Virus record (IMG/VR): IMGVR_UViG_3300009000_000003
Origin: a virus
Strand: one strand, 5' to 3'
Length of the DNA: 64,000 nucleotides
The notes below the pieces were generated by a model. That model had not been told where the DNA came from, ran no database searches, and saw nothing but the letters and a program-made list of their open reading frames with translations. Both the position numbers and the translations under genes were made by a program. Shown here in pieces: positions 32,035 to 41,779 of the stretch; the first letter of the stretch is position 1, and every line of letters begins with the position of its first letter.

Positions 32035-32381
32035 TTATCACATGTGTCTATGTATGCATTGAAAAGATGAATCCAGTCATCTAAACGCATAGTACATAGA
32101 ATGTCTTCTCTATCATCTTTTGTTATGGCTACAGGAATCTTACCATTAATATTAGCATCTTCTATAGCTTGTTTTAAAGCAGCTTTAATATTGCAACGTT
32201 TATGACGCTTAGCCTCTATATGAAATATAGGTATATCTACATCAGAAACTTCAGCTCCACCAGACCTAGTTTGGCCTATACCTCTCTTAGCTTCAAGAGA
32301 AGTATTATCAGTTATATACTTTGCAAGCTTACGTTCAAATGCTGCACCTTTTAATCTAGCACCTCTACCTCTACTCGTCAT
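32031..32381 (-). CDS. Hjc-type (PD-(D/E)XK) Holliday junction resolvase
   Basis: KGAAFERKLA...SDVD...HIEAKR; likely start MTSRGRG at 32381. Confidence 0.75.
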   Translation of the reverse strand: MTSRGRGARLKGAAFERKLAKYITDNTSLEAKRGIGQTRSGGAEVSDVDIPIFHIEAKRHKRCNIKAALKQAIEDANINGKIPVAITKDDREDILCTMRLDDWIHLFNAYIDTCDK

Positions 32382-33018
32382 CTTCTTCATCCTTTTCAAA
32401 AGAGACTTCATATTTTCTTGAATCCATAACTGAATCAATTAAATTGAAATCTAAAGCTTCTTGAGTAGAAAAATAAAAAGAAGTTTTATTTTTAAAATTA
32501 AGATTCCAAACTGATTTTTTCATTTCAGTTCTTTCTCGAATAATTTTATCTGCTACTTTTTGACAATGCTCATAATAATGAGCAAAAGATTTCATACCAT
32601 CAATAGAGTCTATGCTGCCGGAATGAACTACAGGTTGATGATAAAAGAAAGTAGTAGTAGGAGTAGCAATTCTATAATCAGCTGCACTTAAAATAATTAA
32701 TCCAGCACTACTACATAAACCAGTAGTAACTAAAATAACTGGGCAACTAATTGTTTTGATTGCATCATATATAGCAAGGCCATCAGTTAAAGAGCCTCCT
32801 TCTGTATTTAAATATACAGTAATTGGCTCTTCATCATTTAATTTTTCTAAATGAAATAATTGAGAAATAAATAGTTCTGCTTTTTCTCCAGAAACTTCAC
32901 CAAAAAAAGATAAAGCTCTAGTAGTATCACCAAAGAACTTATGTTCATAAGGCGACCAAGTAGAAAGATCTTGAGAAGATAGAAGTTCCTCAAGTAGTGC
33001 TTGTTTTAATTCGCTCAT
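32371..33018 (-). CDS. clpP: ClpP-like protease
   Basis: YLNTEGGSLTDGLAIYDAI, GLCSSAG (Ser), YHQP (His), EALDFNLIDSV. Confidence 0.85.
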   Translation of the reverse strand: MSELKQALLEELLSSQDLSTWSPYEHKFFGDTTRALSFFGEVSGEKAELFISQLFHLEKLNDEEPITVYLNTEGGSLTDGLAIYDAIKTISCPVILVTTGLCSSAGLIILSAADYRIATPTTTFFYHQPVVHSGSIDSIDGMKSFAHYYEHCQKVADKIIRERTEMKKSVWNLNFKNKTSFYFSTQEALDFNLIDSVMDSRKYEVSFEKDEEDDE

Positions 33019-33453
33019 TTAATAGCTTTCGAATATTTTTTGTTTAATGTAATCAGAAGTTATTTTTTTAGCTTCTTTGTAAGATACTTCCACATAATTA
33101 TAACCGGCGTCAATTAAAAAAGTTTTTTTGCGATTGTCTCGATATTGAATATTATGAAAATCTTTTTTAGCTTCTTCATATGGTTTATAACCAAAAAGAA
33201 CCTGCTCATAATGTTGTTTACCGTGAAGCTCAATAACAGTATTTAACTCATCTATAAACCAGTCTACTGCATCGTAATTATTAGGATAAGAAGAAACCAA
33301 TCCACTTAAAGGAACTTCTTGATAACATTTTAAATTTTTAAAATAAGTGTCAGTCCTAAAAAGATCTCTAAGTTTATTGTGAAATTTAGAAGCGTTCGGA
33401 TAATGAAAAAACTGATCTGACCAACCGGAACGTTTATCATTTGTCATAATCAT
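33019..33453 (-). CDS. Vsr/DUF559-like endonuclease
   Basis: QEV...VDWFI...IELHGKQHY...RDNRKK...GYNYVEV. Confidence 0.7.
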   Translation of the reverse strand: MIMTNDKRSGWSDQFFHYPNASKFHNKLRDLFRTDTYFKNLKCYQEVPLSGLVSSYPNNYDAVDWFIDELNTVIELHGKQHYEQVLFGYKPYEEAKKDFHNIQYRDNRKKTFLIDAGYNYVEVSYKEAKKITSDYIKQKIFESY

Positions 33454-33745
33454 GCCCTACAACAATTTCTTTATCTTTAACAAAACCAATAATCCCTTTA
33501 GAAAAAAAGAAATTTAATAAATCTTCCCAAAGTTTATCGTCTGCTATTTCGTGAAATTGACCAGTAGCGCTAATTTCTTCTAAATAAATTTTTTGAGTAG
33601 GCTCATGTAATATGCAAACAAACTCCCTAAATGATCGTTTAGCAGTAGCTAAATGAACCCAAGGGCCATTTTTGAATACATGAGTAGGCAAATTTATTCT
33701 TACTGAAGAAGCTAAAATAAAATCGCCATAAGTAGCTGTAGTCAT
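33437..33745 (-). CDS. Hypothetical protein
   Basis: ATG at 33745 overlaps the upstream TGA. Confidence 0.6.
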   Translation of the reverse strand: MTTATYGDFILASSVRINLPTHVFKNGPWVHLATAKRSFREFVCILHEPTQKIYLEEISATGQFHEIADDKLWEDLLNFFFSKGIIGFVKDKEIVVGHDYDK

Positions 33746-34485
33746 TTGAAACAATCCGATCTTTTTACACAAGTAAAATTAGTGCAATAAGGTTTTATTT
33801 TGTATTGATTTAAAGCAACATAAGTTTCAAAATATTTAGTATAATGTGAAATATCTTTAATATCTGTATCTTTAATATCAATATGCTTTAAACGATCAAG
33901 TAAAGCTTTTTTATTTTCAGATCTTATTTTTGAATAACAAATAATAGAATAGTCTATAGATACTTTAGAAAATGTATCTTTAAGCCTTTGCTTTAAAATT
34001 AAAGCTTTGTATTCAAAAAGATCTTGCATCCTTTTTATTTGATAATCTAAAAAAGGATAAAAAGAAATACCAACAAATTTTTTAGAAAATCTTTTAGTAG
34101 TTATATCTCTTAAAATAAAATGATATTTAAAATTTACATTAACATAACTGCTATAAGAAGGTACTTCTAAATCAGATAAAATCAATCTATATTTATCAAA
34201 TGAATATAACTTGTTAAAATTGTAAATAAATAAAGTAACATATTTAAACAATTGTCTCATTTCAGGCATTTGTTCAATAGTAAAATATTTAACAGTTTTA
34301 TTAAAACAAGAATAAATTCTATCGTCTAAATCTTTAAAAGGATCTTTATCTAAACTTTTAAATAAAGCTTTTAAAGTTTTAAGAGCTATTACTTGAGAGT
34401 AATCGAGTTTAATAACAGAATGACCATATACAGGAAGTAGGGGGCATTCAAAAGTAGTTAAAAATTTATCTTCAGATATTTTCAT
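33742..34485 (-). CDS. Hypothetical protein (C-terminal Cys cluster)
   Basis: Coupled ORF; YCTNFTCVKRSDC. Confidence 0.55.
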   Translation of the reverse strand: MKISEDKFLTTFECPLLPVYGHSVIKLDYSQVIALKTLKALFKSLDKDPFKDLDDRIYSCFNKTVKYFTIEQMPEMRQLFKYVTLFIYNFNKLYSFDKYRLILSDLEVPSYSSYVNVNFKYHFILRDITTKRFSKKFVGISFYPFLDYQIKRMQDLFEYKALILKQRLKDTFSKVSIDYSIICYSKIRSENKKALLDRLKHIDIKDTDIKDISHYTKYFETYVALNQYKIKPYCTNFTCVKRSDCFK

Positions 34486-34946
34486 TTTACCAAATGATAA
34501 GTATACAATCCTGCTGTAAAAGCTAAAGGTAAGGCTATATACATGACAAGTTTGTGTTTAAATAAAGTGTTACTTAATAATTTATTTTCTTTTTCAAGAA
34601 GAAGATTTCGTTCCTCATAAAAAGCAGCAGCAGTTTTAATATCTTCTATAACTTGATCGCATTGAGTTCTAAATAAAGATATTTTATTTTCACATAAGCG
34701 ATCTTGGTGCTCAAGTTGAGCAGCCATGTCTTTATGAAGATTATCTAAAGTATCTCTAAATATTACTAATTGATAAGGTTTAATTAAAAAAGCATGATAA
34801 GGAGCTTTTTCACCTTTAAAAATTTGATCACAACATTGCAAATCTTGATCTTCAAAAAAAGAAAAATCAAAAAGGTTTACTTGAAAAGTATCTGCATATA
34901 AATTTAAAGGCAAACTAAAAAGTAAAAACAATAAAATTTTTTTCAT
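34482..34946 (-). CDS. Secreted/membrane coiled-coil protein (signal peptide + C-terminal TM)
   Basis: MKKILLFLLFSLPLNLYA; C-terminal LVMYIALPLAFTAGLYTY. Confidence 0.55.
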   Translation of the reverse strand: MKKILLFLLFSLPLNLYADTFQVNLFDFSFFEDQDLQCCDQIFKGEKAPYHAFLIKPYQLVIFRDTLDNLHKDMAAQLEHQDRLCENKISLFRTQCDQVIEDIKTAAAFYEERNLLLEKENKLLSNTLFKHKLVMYIALPLAFTAGLYTYHLVK

Positions 34947-35263
34947 TTCTTTTTATCTCGCTTGCATTGAAGACAATCAAGTTCGTTACAAGCCTCTTCA
35001 AGGCGTTTATACTTTTTTTGAAAGGTCTCTTTATTAGTTTTGCTTTCAATTTTTACAGCAGCATCTATTTTCTGTAAACACAGATTATTAGAATCTGTTA
35101 ATTGAATTTTTAAAGATTTTACTTGAGCAATATCTAGTTTACATACTTCTGAATGAGGCCTTGGTGGTCTTTTTAAAACAAAAGTATAAAAAACTATACC
35201 AAAGAAAAAACCAGTAGCAAAAACAATAGCTAAGATTTGTAAATTTTCTTTAAGTTCTTTCAT
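34943..35263 (-). CDS. Membrane-anchored Cys-containing coiled-coil protein
   Basis: N-terminal TM ILAIVFATGFFFGIVFYTFVL. Confidence 0.55.
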   Translation of the reverse strand: MKELKENLQILAIVFATGFFFGIVFYTFVLKRPPRPHSEVCKLDIAQVKSLKIQLTDSNNLCLQKIDAAVKIESKTNKETFQKKYKRLEEACNELDCLQCKRDKKK

Positions 35264-35550
35264 TTAAAAGCTCCTGAATTTTTATTCTCTTTAGACTTAT
35301 ACATATTTTCTACATGTTTAGAAATAAATATAGGTTGCAAAGAATAATCTTTTTTAACAGCTTCTTCATATGAAAGAATATCGTACGAAGCAGCCATTGG
35401 AGCATCAGTAAGACCCTGAATAAGGCCGCGTTGAATTAACGCTTTACGAACCCTATCCAGAGTATTACCGATGTGGTTATCTCCAGCTTCTAAATAATAA
35501 TATGTTTTGTTAGAGTATAAATATACACCCATTGATTTTTTTTGAGGCAT
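35260..35550 (-). CDS. Hypothetical protein
   Basis: Likely start MPQKK at 35550 with RBS AAGGA. Confidence 0.55.
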   Translation of the reverse strand: MPQKKSMGVYLYSNKTYYYLEAGDNHIGNTLDRVRKALIQRGLIQGLTDAPMAASYDILSYEEAVKKDYSLQPIFISKHVENMYKSKENKNSGAFK

Positions 35551-35560
35551 TTTTGAATCC

Positions 35561-38053
35561 TTAATAATCTTGATCGTACTCTTCAGCACGAACATATTTT
35601 ATTTGTTTTCCATCAGTTTGTACATACCCAGAATCTTTTAGATCTCTAAAAGTCTCTGCTTCTTGCAAAGCAGATTCTCTACTTTTGGGAGAAAGAGAAA
35701 CAGTCTTAGGGTCAAGATCAAGAATAAGTTTATCTTTGAAACCAGATATTTTATTCTTTGTAAAGTGTAAAAGAAGTCTAGGTTTGATATTACCTTCTTC
35801 GTCTTTCCAAAAGATTTCTGCGTGCTCTTTGCGATCGTGCATGTCATTGTAAACATGCCAAATAACGTTTGGACGATACATTAGTGCACGTGCATCTGCA
35901 AGGTCATCATCTACAGGTAAACGAAGTTTGCTGTGATCCATAGGCATATTTTTACGATACTCAGCAGTAGCAATCATGCAAGCATGATATTTAACAGTAA
36001 GGTTCTTTTGTTGATTCGAAATCATTGTCATCCGACTAGATTGTTCCATATTCATAAAATCCATATAGTTATGAGTATTGTCACAAACCATTAAGATTTT
36101 TCGATTAGGGTATCTATTTCTGTAATAGCGAACATTTCTTTCCAAAGTAGAAAGATTAGCGCCATCTTCAGAGTCAATAATAACAAGTCTCTCTTGCTCA
36201 ATCAAATCTCTAAATATTTCATTTGCTTGATTAAAAGCAGCTGTATATTCTTCAGGCAATTGAGATAAATGAAATTTAGGTTGAACAACCATACCAATAG
36301 TAAGAGGGATACTATCTGGAAAGGCCATTTTATAAATGTTAGTTTTAATTCTAGGTTCAATTTGCTCATAAGAATCGTCAGTAGAGTGAATAATAACTAA
36401 AGCGTTTTCATCACTCATAGCGATATCAGTACCTATCATAAGGCAAGTAGCAGTTTTACCTGAATTAGCACGACCACCGACATACATTAAGCTGCCAGTA
36501 GTCCAAGGCATACCACCATTCATATTGTCTGCAAACTCTCTAAAATAATTCATTTTAAAAGAAGTAGCAGCTTCATCATCTCCAGCTTGCTCTCTTAGCT
36601 CTTGAATGGATTCGAATCTATTAAGCTGATAATTAATACCGATGGAATCAGTTTTAAATTCTTTTTCTATAAGCTCAATGTTTTGTTCATGCATAGCAAC
36701 ATGAGATCTGATATTATCTGGATCTTCAGACACAGCTCTCATATATGCTTCTGCTGACAATTTAATTCTATCTATTTTTTCTGAAAATTTATTATTGCGA
36801 ATAGCATTAACATCTGCCGTAATAGATGTAGTAGAAACAGTAGTATATTGAGCAAGCTCTTTAATAAGAAGCTCACGTTTTACTCCAGTTTCTTCTGCTG
36901 CAATAATAGGAATCATCTTTTGACAGATAACATCTGGTGTTTCACTATCTGAAAAAGAAGTAAGTTGCCAATTAAAAGCAGGTACTTTTTCTAATGAAAG
37001 ATAAGTAGAAGGGTCGTCGTGATTCTTAAGGTAATCATCAACGTCCTTAACATCTTCTTCAGGTGCAGAAACTACATAAACAGAAAAACCAGAAATAGAC
37101 TTTAATATGTTTTCTAAAACTCTGTGAGTAGCAGCATAACCTGCTTGATCCCAATCAAAGTTAAGATATATTTTGCGAATACCAATTTGCTTTAAAAACA
37201 ATAAATGATTTTCAGTAAAAGCAGTACCGCAAACTGCAACTGCATTCAAAATACCAAGTCGATAAAGTTGCATAAGGTCGCCTGGACCCTCGACAACATA
37301 AAGACCATATTTTTTAGCTTCTCTATAAGCTACATCAATACCCATAAGAGCTTGGTTCTTTTTATAAATAACAGACTCAGGAGTATTAATATACTTTGGT
37401 AAACCATCTTCTTGATAATTTAAATTTCTACAAATAAAACCAACAGTGCGTTTACAATGATCTTTAATTGGAAAAGTTAATTTATCTTCGCCAAAATAAG
37501 AAACATATCTAGTTCTAATTAAATTTGTAGTAGCAATATAAGAAGAATCCCACCCTTTTTCAATAAGTTTATTAATCAAAAGGTCGGGATCAATACTACC
37601 TAGAGGGACATAACGTTGAATCCAATTTCTCTCGACAGCATAATCATTATCTTGAATAGATAAAGAACCCAAAATATCAGAAATATCTTGAGCAATTTTA
37701 AATAAAGAGATTCTCTCTCTGTCTTCTTGTGTCAAAGAACCTGGAGAGTAATTAATATCCAAGTCATCACAAAGTTGAGGAATAGTAACTTTAAGCCACT
37801 CTGGACCATTTAAAGGTAAATTATCAAAATGATTTGCAGCAGTAAATATATCACCATGAAAACCACAAGAAAAACATTTTACTGTTTCATTCGCAGTTTT
37901 TGGATTAATATGCATACTAGGATCGGAATCATCATGAGCAAAACATTTAAATTTTTTAGTAGAAGAAAAATCTTCTTTTAACTTTAAAGATAAATAATCT
38001 GTAAGTTTGGATCGTAATAAAGAAACTACTTCATCAACATCTGTGATGTACAA
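35561..38053 (-). CDS. Fused DnaG-type primase / DnaB-like (SF4) helicase
   Basis: CHC2 Zn finger CFAHDD..PS...CFSCG; KYINTPE; TOPRIM VVEGPGD and FDWD; Walker A GGRANSGKT; terminal TKNK. Confidence 0.9.
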   Translation of the reverse strand: MYITDVDEVVSLLRSKLTDYLSLKLKEDFSSTKKFKCFAHDDSDPSMHINPKTANETVKCFSCGFHGDIFTAANHFDNLPLNGPEWLKVTIPQLCDDLDINYSPGSLTQEDRERISLFKIAQDISDILGSLSIQDNDYAVERNWIQRYVPLGSIDPDLLINKLIEKGWDSSYIATTNLIRTRYVSYFGEDKLTFPIKDHCKRTVGFICRNLNYQEDGLPKYINTPESVIYKKNQALMGIDVAYREAKKYGLYVVEGPGDLMQLYRLGILNAVAVCGTAFTENHLLFLKQIGIRKIYLNFDWDQAGYAATHRVLENILKSISGFSVYVVSAPEEDVKDVDDYLKNHDDPSTYLSLEKVPAFNWQLTSFSDSETPDVICQKMIPIIAAEETGVKRELLIKELAQYTTVSTTSITADVNAIRNNKFSEKIDRIKLSAEAYMRAVSEDPDNIRSHVAMHEQNIELIEKEFKTDSIGINYQLNRFESIQELREQAGDDEAATSFKMNYFREFADNMNGGMPWTTGSLMYVGGRANSGKTATCLMIGTDIAMSDENALVIIHSTDDSYEQIEPRIKTNIYKMAFPDSIPLTIGMVVQPKFHLSQLPEEYTAAFNQANEIFRDLIEQERLVIIDSEDGANLSTLERNVRYYRNRYPNRKILMVCDNTHNYMDFMNMEQSSRMTMISNQQKNLTVKYHACMIATAEYRKNMPMDHSKLRLPVDDDLADARALMYRPNVIWHVYNDMHDRKEHAEIFWKDEEGNIKPRLLLHFTKNKISGFKDKLILDLDPKTVSLSPKSRESALQEAETFRDLKDSGYVQTDGKQIKYVRAEEYDQDY

Positions 38054-38063
38054 TAGAAATCTC

Positions 38064-39125
38064 CTAATTTAAAATATGTGGGCGACTCTCATTAAAACCA
38101 CTAGATGTAATTTTTACAAATTTTACATTTTCAGGTTTTAAATCTGAGATTTGTTTTATAGACAAATAAGAAATTGTAGAAGCTAAAGCAGACTTAACTT
38201 CTTTATTAAAAGTATAAAAAGATTTTGTTGGGTGTATTTTTTTATTATTTTGTACACCTTCTGGAACACCATTAATTTTACCACGCTTATCTTTTTGAAA
38301 TTCAGCAGAAGCTTGTCCTCTATAATATTTATAAGGTTTAGAAAAGAGTGGACGAATCCAACCTTCTGACTCATATATAGTTGAAAGCATACTACCTATC
38401 ATCACGCCATTAGCTCCAGCGGCTAGATATTTTGCAATATCACCAGTATTTTTAATTCCACCATCGGCAATTAATTTAAAGTTATTATATTCTTGAAATT
38501 GAAAATAACGATAAATTTCATAAACTGCCGAAAGGTTAGGATAACCGCAACCAGTAACGATTCTTGTACTGCAAGCACTACCAGGGCCAATTCCAATGCG
38601 AACATGATTACAACCAGCGGTATGAACAAATTCCGCTGCCCCAGGGGTTGCTACAGTACCTGACATTAAATTTTTACACCAAGAAAACCTAGAATAAGTT
38701 TCATATATTATTTCCATTTCTTGAGTAGCACCATGGGCTACATCTACAGATATATTTAAATAAAAATCTTCTGGAAGTTGTTTAGTTTGTTTTAAATATT
38801 CAATTAATTCCCAATCGGAATCAAAAGCTCCAACGCTATACCAAAAATTTTCTTGAGAATGAAATTTTAAAATAGCTTTAACTTTTTGATCTAAAGGTAA
38901 AAATCTACAAAATACTGGATTTTGATTTTCAGCAATCATAGCTTCAGACATATTTAAACCAGTAACCACATCCATGGGACTGGAAAAAATAAAAGATGAA
39001 TCAATAATAGCTTCAGATCTAGATTTTAAAAGACCAATAGAAGGTTGTAACAATACATCGTTAGTAGAAAGTTTTACTTGCGATGCATCTTCAAGACTAA
39101 AAACAAGATCGTTGTATTTTATCAT
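38064..39125 (-). CDS. guaC: IMPDH/GMP reductase family protein, probably GMP reductase
   Basis: SSPMD, VDVAHG, GIGPGSACSTR, IADGGI, YRGQAS, PEG; no CBS domains and no flap RY dyad. Confidence 0.75.
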   Translation of the reverse strand: MIKYNDLVFSLEDASQVKLSTNDVLLQPSIGLLKSRSEAIIDSSFIFSSPMDVVTGLNMSEAMIAENQNPVFCRFLPLDQKVKAILKFHSQENFWYSVGAFDSDWELIEYLKQTKQLPEDFYLNISVDVAHGATQEMEIIYETYSRFSWCKNLMSGTVATPGAAEFVHTAGCNHVRIGIGPGSACSTRIVTGCGYPNLSAVYEIYRYFQFQEYNNFKLIADGGIKNTGDIAKYLAAGANGVMIGSMLSTIYESEGWIRPLFSKPYKYYRGQASAEFQKDKRGKINGVPEGVQNNKKIHPTKSFYTFNKEVKSALASTISYLSIKQISDLKPENVKFVKITSSGFNESRPHILN

Positions 39126-39354
39126 ATTTAATTTTAACTGACTCTTTCTTACCTAAAATCCATTTAGTGCCATCATCTTGCCTTAAGTACAAGGCTCCTG
39201 AAAAAACAAAATCGTTTTTTGGATTAACTTTAGTTTTAGCATGTGAGTATAATTCTCGAACCCAGAACTTAGAAGCTTTTTCAAAAGTCCAAGGCCCAAG
39301 AATTGATTTATCAATACCATGCACATGTATATCTATATAATATTTGTGTTTCAT
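39097..39354 (-). CDS. Hypothetical protein
   Basis: Small ORF in the operon. Confidence 0.5.
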   Translation of the reverse strand: MKHKYYIDIHVHGIDKSILGPWTFEKASKFWVRELYSHAKTKVNPKNDFVFSGALYLRQDDGTKWILGKKESVKIKYDKIQRSCF

Positions 39355-39383
39355 TTTTAATTAATCTTTTATTTATTTGTTTG

Positions 39384-40370
39384 TTAATCTTGATAACAAA
39401 CGTTTTTATATTCGCAAAGACGACATTGCCAATCACCTTTTTCTACAGGCTTGACAAGTCTAGTCTTTCCTTCTTCAATTTGTTTTTTACGTTTTTCATA
39501 TTGAGTAGTTTCAGTTTTATTTAACTGCCCAGCTTCATATAAAGAATCAATCATTTCCTCAGTATAAGATAAATAATAATCTCTATCTGGGATTTGATTA
39601 TTTTCTAAAGCAGTCATAATAGAAGCATAATTAGTCATAATAGACTGAATAGTGATTCCGCTATTAACTTTTTTAGTTTGAATGGGGTAGTTACCTTGAT
39701 ACCAAATATAATCAAGACCATCTTCTTCATTATGTTCTACTGTAACAAGAAATTCTGCAAAACGACCTGTATCACGAGCACCATAAAGTAGTATGCCTGG
39801 GCCCCACTCTTTAGGGTTGGCGTACCAAGATTGATAAATACCAAGCTGCATTAAGTGAGACTCTCTGGGAGTACCCATTTCCATCTTTTTATGCATGGCT
39901 TCAGTACCGATAATGTTATTAGCATTAAAACCATAAATAGATTTAACTTCTATAATTTGATAATTAGAATCTTCAGGATTTAAAACTATTAAGTCAATTT
40001 TACCAGAAACGTTAAATTTAGGCACATAAATAGATATTTGTGTACCAACGTAAACTCCAGCTTGTTTTGCAAGCTCAATGCAGTACTCCTCGTAAAGTTC
40101 ACCAGCACGCCAAATCCATTTAGTGTATTGACTTACTGGAAGTTTTTTTTCTTTAATTTCTAAAGCTAAGGGTTCAATATAATCATATTTCTCATTAAAA
40201 TTATATGAATCTGTAGCATAACGATAATAAGATTGGCGGCGACACTTACCAACAACTTTCCCACCTACCATAGCTGTAGCAGCAGAAGGCCATAAGGTAG
40301 GGGCTTTTTGTTCATCTAAAAAGCCTCTGGAAAGCTCGTTAGTAATTTGATTTACAAATGACCATGTCAA
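39384..40370 (-). CDS. Cas4-like PD-(D/E)XK exonuclease with 4-Cys cluster
   Basis: CRRQSYY, GKIDL...EVKS, QLGIY, CRLCEYKNVC; TTG start. Confidence 0.8.
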   Translation of the reverse strand: MTWSFVNQITNELSRGFLDEQKAPTLWPSAATAMVGGKVVGKCRRQSYYRYATDSYNFNEKYDYIEPLALEIKEKKLPVSQYTKWIWRAGELYEEYCIELAKQAGVYVGTQISIYVPKFNVSGKIDLIVLNPEDSNYQIIEVKSIYGFNANNIIGTEAMHKKMEMGTPRESHLMQLGIYQSWYANPKEWGPGILLYGARDTGRFAEFLVTVEHNEEDGLDYIWYQGNYPIQTKKVNSGITIQSIMTNYASIMTALENNQIPDRDYYLSYTEEMIDSLYEAGQLNKTETTQYEKRKKQIEEGKTRLVKPVEKGDWQCRLCEYKNVCYQD

Positions 40371-40703
40371 TTAACTGTCCTCCATATTGACATCTTGTTT
40401 GAAAACTTCTTCAGCGGCTTCTTGTGGGTCTTTAATGCCTTGTTTAATCTTTTCAAACTGTTGAGTAATTTCTTCTAAGCGTGAGTTTTGAAACTCTTCA
40501 AATTTTTCATCAAGTTTAATTTCGATACCTTTTTCCTCTAACTGAGAATACATATATTCTACTAAAAGAGATACTTGAATCATTGAATTAAAATTGTAAT
40601 CAATTCTTGCTTCAAGAGCATCTGCAATATTAATAAAAAATTGAAAAGGTACTGGTTTATCTTTTAATTCATCTGGAAGATTAATTTCTTTTTGGTCGCT
40701 CAT
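40371..40703 (-). CDS. Hypothetical acidic protein
   Basis: RBS AGGAG; coupled ORF. Confidence 0.65.
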   Translation of the reverse strand: MSDQKEINLPDELKDKPVPFQFFINIADALEARIDYNFNSMIQVSLLVEYMYSQLEEKGIEIKLDEKFEEFQNSRLEEITQQFEKIKQGIKDPQEAAEEVFKQDVNMEDS

Positions 40704-41779
40704 AAAGCTCCTTTTTTTGTAGGTAAATGTGAGCCTAAATAATAGGTTTGAGAATCATTAAAATTAGTATTTCCGTAAGCATCTTGATAAATTACAGCAT
40801 AACCATTCATTGCGTTTTTAAATCTAAGATCAGGTTGGAATTGATAGGGAAGCTTATGAGCCATAGCCCCTTGCTCAATTAACATTTTTCCTGATACAAT
40901 TCCTTTATAAACTTTATGAGTATGCCCAACAACAATAGAATCAAAATCGTCGTAATGCATTCTTTCAGAAAAATGATCAAGTAATTTAACAACTGTAGCG
41001 CCAGGATATTTAGAGCCAAAACCACTAGGATGGCAAAAAATAGTTTTACCAACCCTAACATACCATGGATCATGTCTTTGATAGAGGACGTTATCGAAAT
41101 TAAGTTTTTCAATTAATTCTCCTCTGTCATTTAGTTTTTCACCATTGCTAATCTTAAACAATAGATCAGTACCAAATACTGAGCTAGCATCTTGATTAAA
41201 GCCTGCTTGTTTAACAGCTCGAGTAGTTCTATAATCATGGTTGCCGCATACTAATATTACTGTTTCAAAATGATCAGATAAGTAATGTACTAAATCAAAT
41301 GCTACTTTATATTCTTTTAAAGCAGCAATATTTTTGCTTTTAGAAAATGTACTAAATATATAAGCATCTAATATGTCGCCATTTAAAACAACAACATTAG
41401 CATCGGAATGCAAAGTTAAAGCAGCTTCCATATCTTCCCAAAGGAAAAATGGAACATGTAAATCACTAAAAGTAATGATTTTACGTTCTTTAGAAGTCGT
41501 AAGACCTAAATCTTTTTTAACAGATTTGGATCTATAGTCTTTAGTAGTTTTAATAATATAATCCCAAGAATCATTATAAGAAACAACGCTTTTAACATCA
41601 GGATCTCTAGAGATTTTATCTCTAGCAATCTTTCTGCGAATAGCATGTTCCGTTCTTTCAAAAGGAAAGCCTGGAACATTGTTTAAATGAAATTGAGAAT
41701 ATTTTTCTGCTAATTCTGAATTAGAATATTTGTTAATATTTTCAATTAGGAAGTTCTCTTCTTCAGGAGTCCACTTCAT
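40700..41779 (-). CDS. Calcineurin-like metallophosphoesterase with N-terminal HTH-like domain
   Basis: SDLH, NGDILD, GNHD and GHTH motifs; N-terminal WTPEEENFL helix. Confidence 0.85.
   Translation of the reverse strand: MKWTPEEENFLIENINKYSNSELAEKYSQFHLNNVPGFPFERTEHAIRRKIARDKISRDPDVKSVVSYNDSWDYIIKTTKDYRSKSVKKDLGLTTSKERKIITFSDLHVPFFLWEDMEAALTLHSDANVVVLNGDILDAYIFSTFSKSKNIAALKEYKVAFDLVHYLSDHFETVILVCGNHDYRTTRAVKQAGFNQDASSVFGTDLLFKISNGEKLNDRGELIEKLNFDNVLYQRHDPWYVRVGKTIFCHPSGFGSKYPGATVVKLLDHFSERMHYDDFDSIVVGHTHKVYKGIVSGKMLIEQGAMAHKLPYQFQPDLRFKNAMNGYAVIYQDAYGNTNFNDSQTYYLGSHLPTKKGAL

Noticed and set aside
39384-40370. Cas4-like gene as evidence of a CRISPR-Cas system
   Set aside because: No repeat-spacer array or other cas genes in the window; solo Cas4-like exonucleases are common in phage replication modules.
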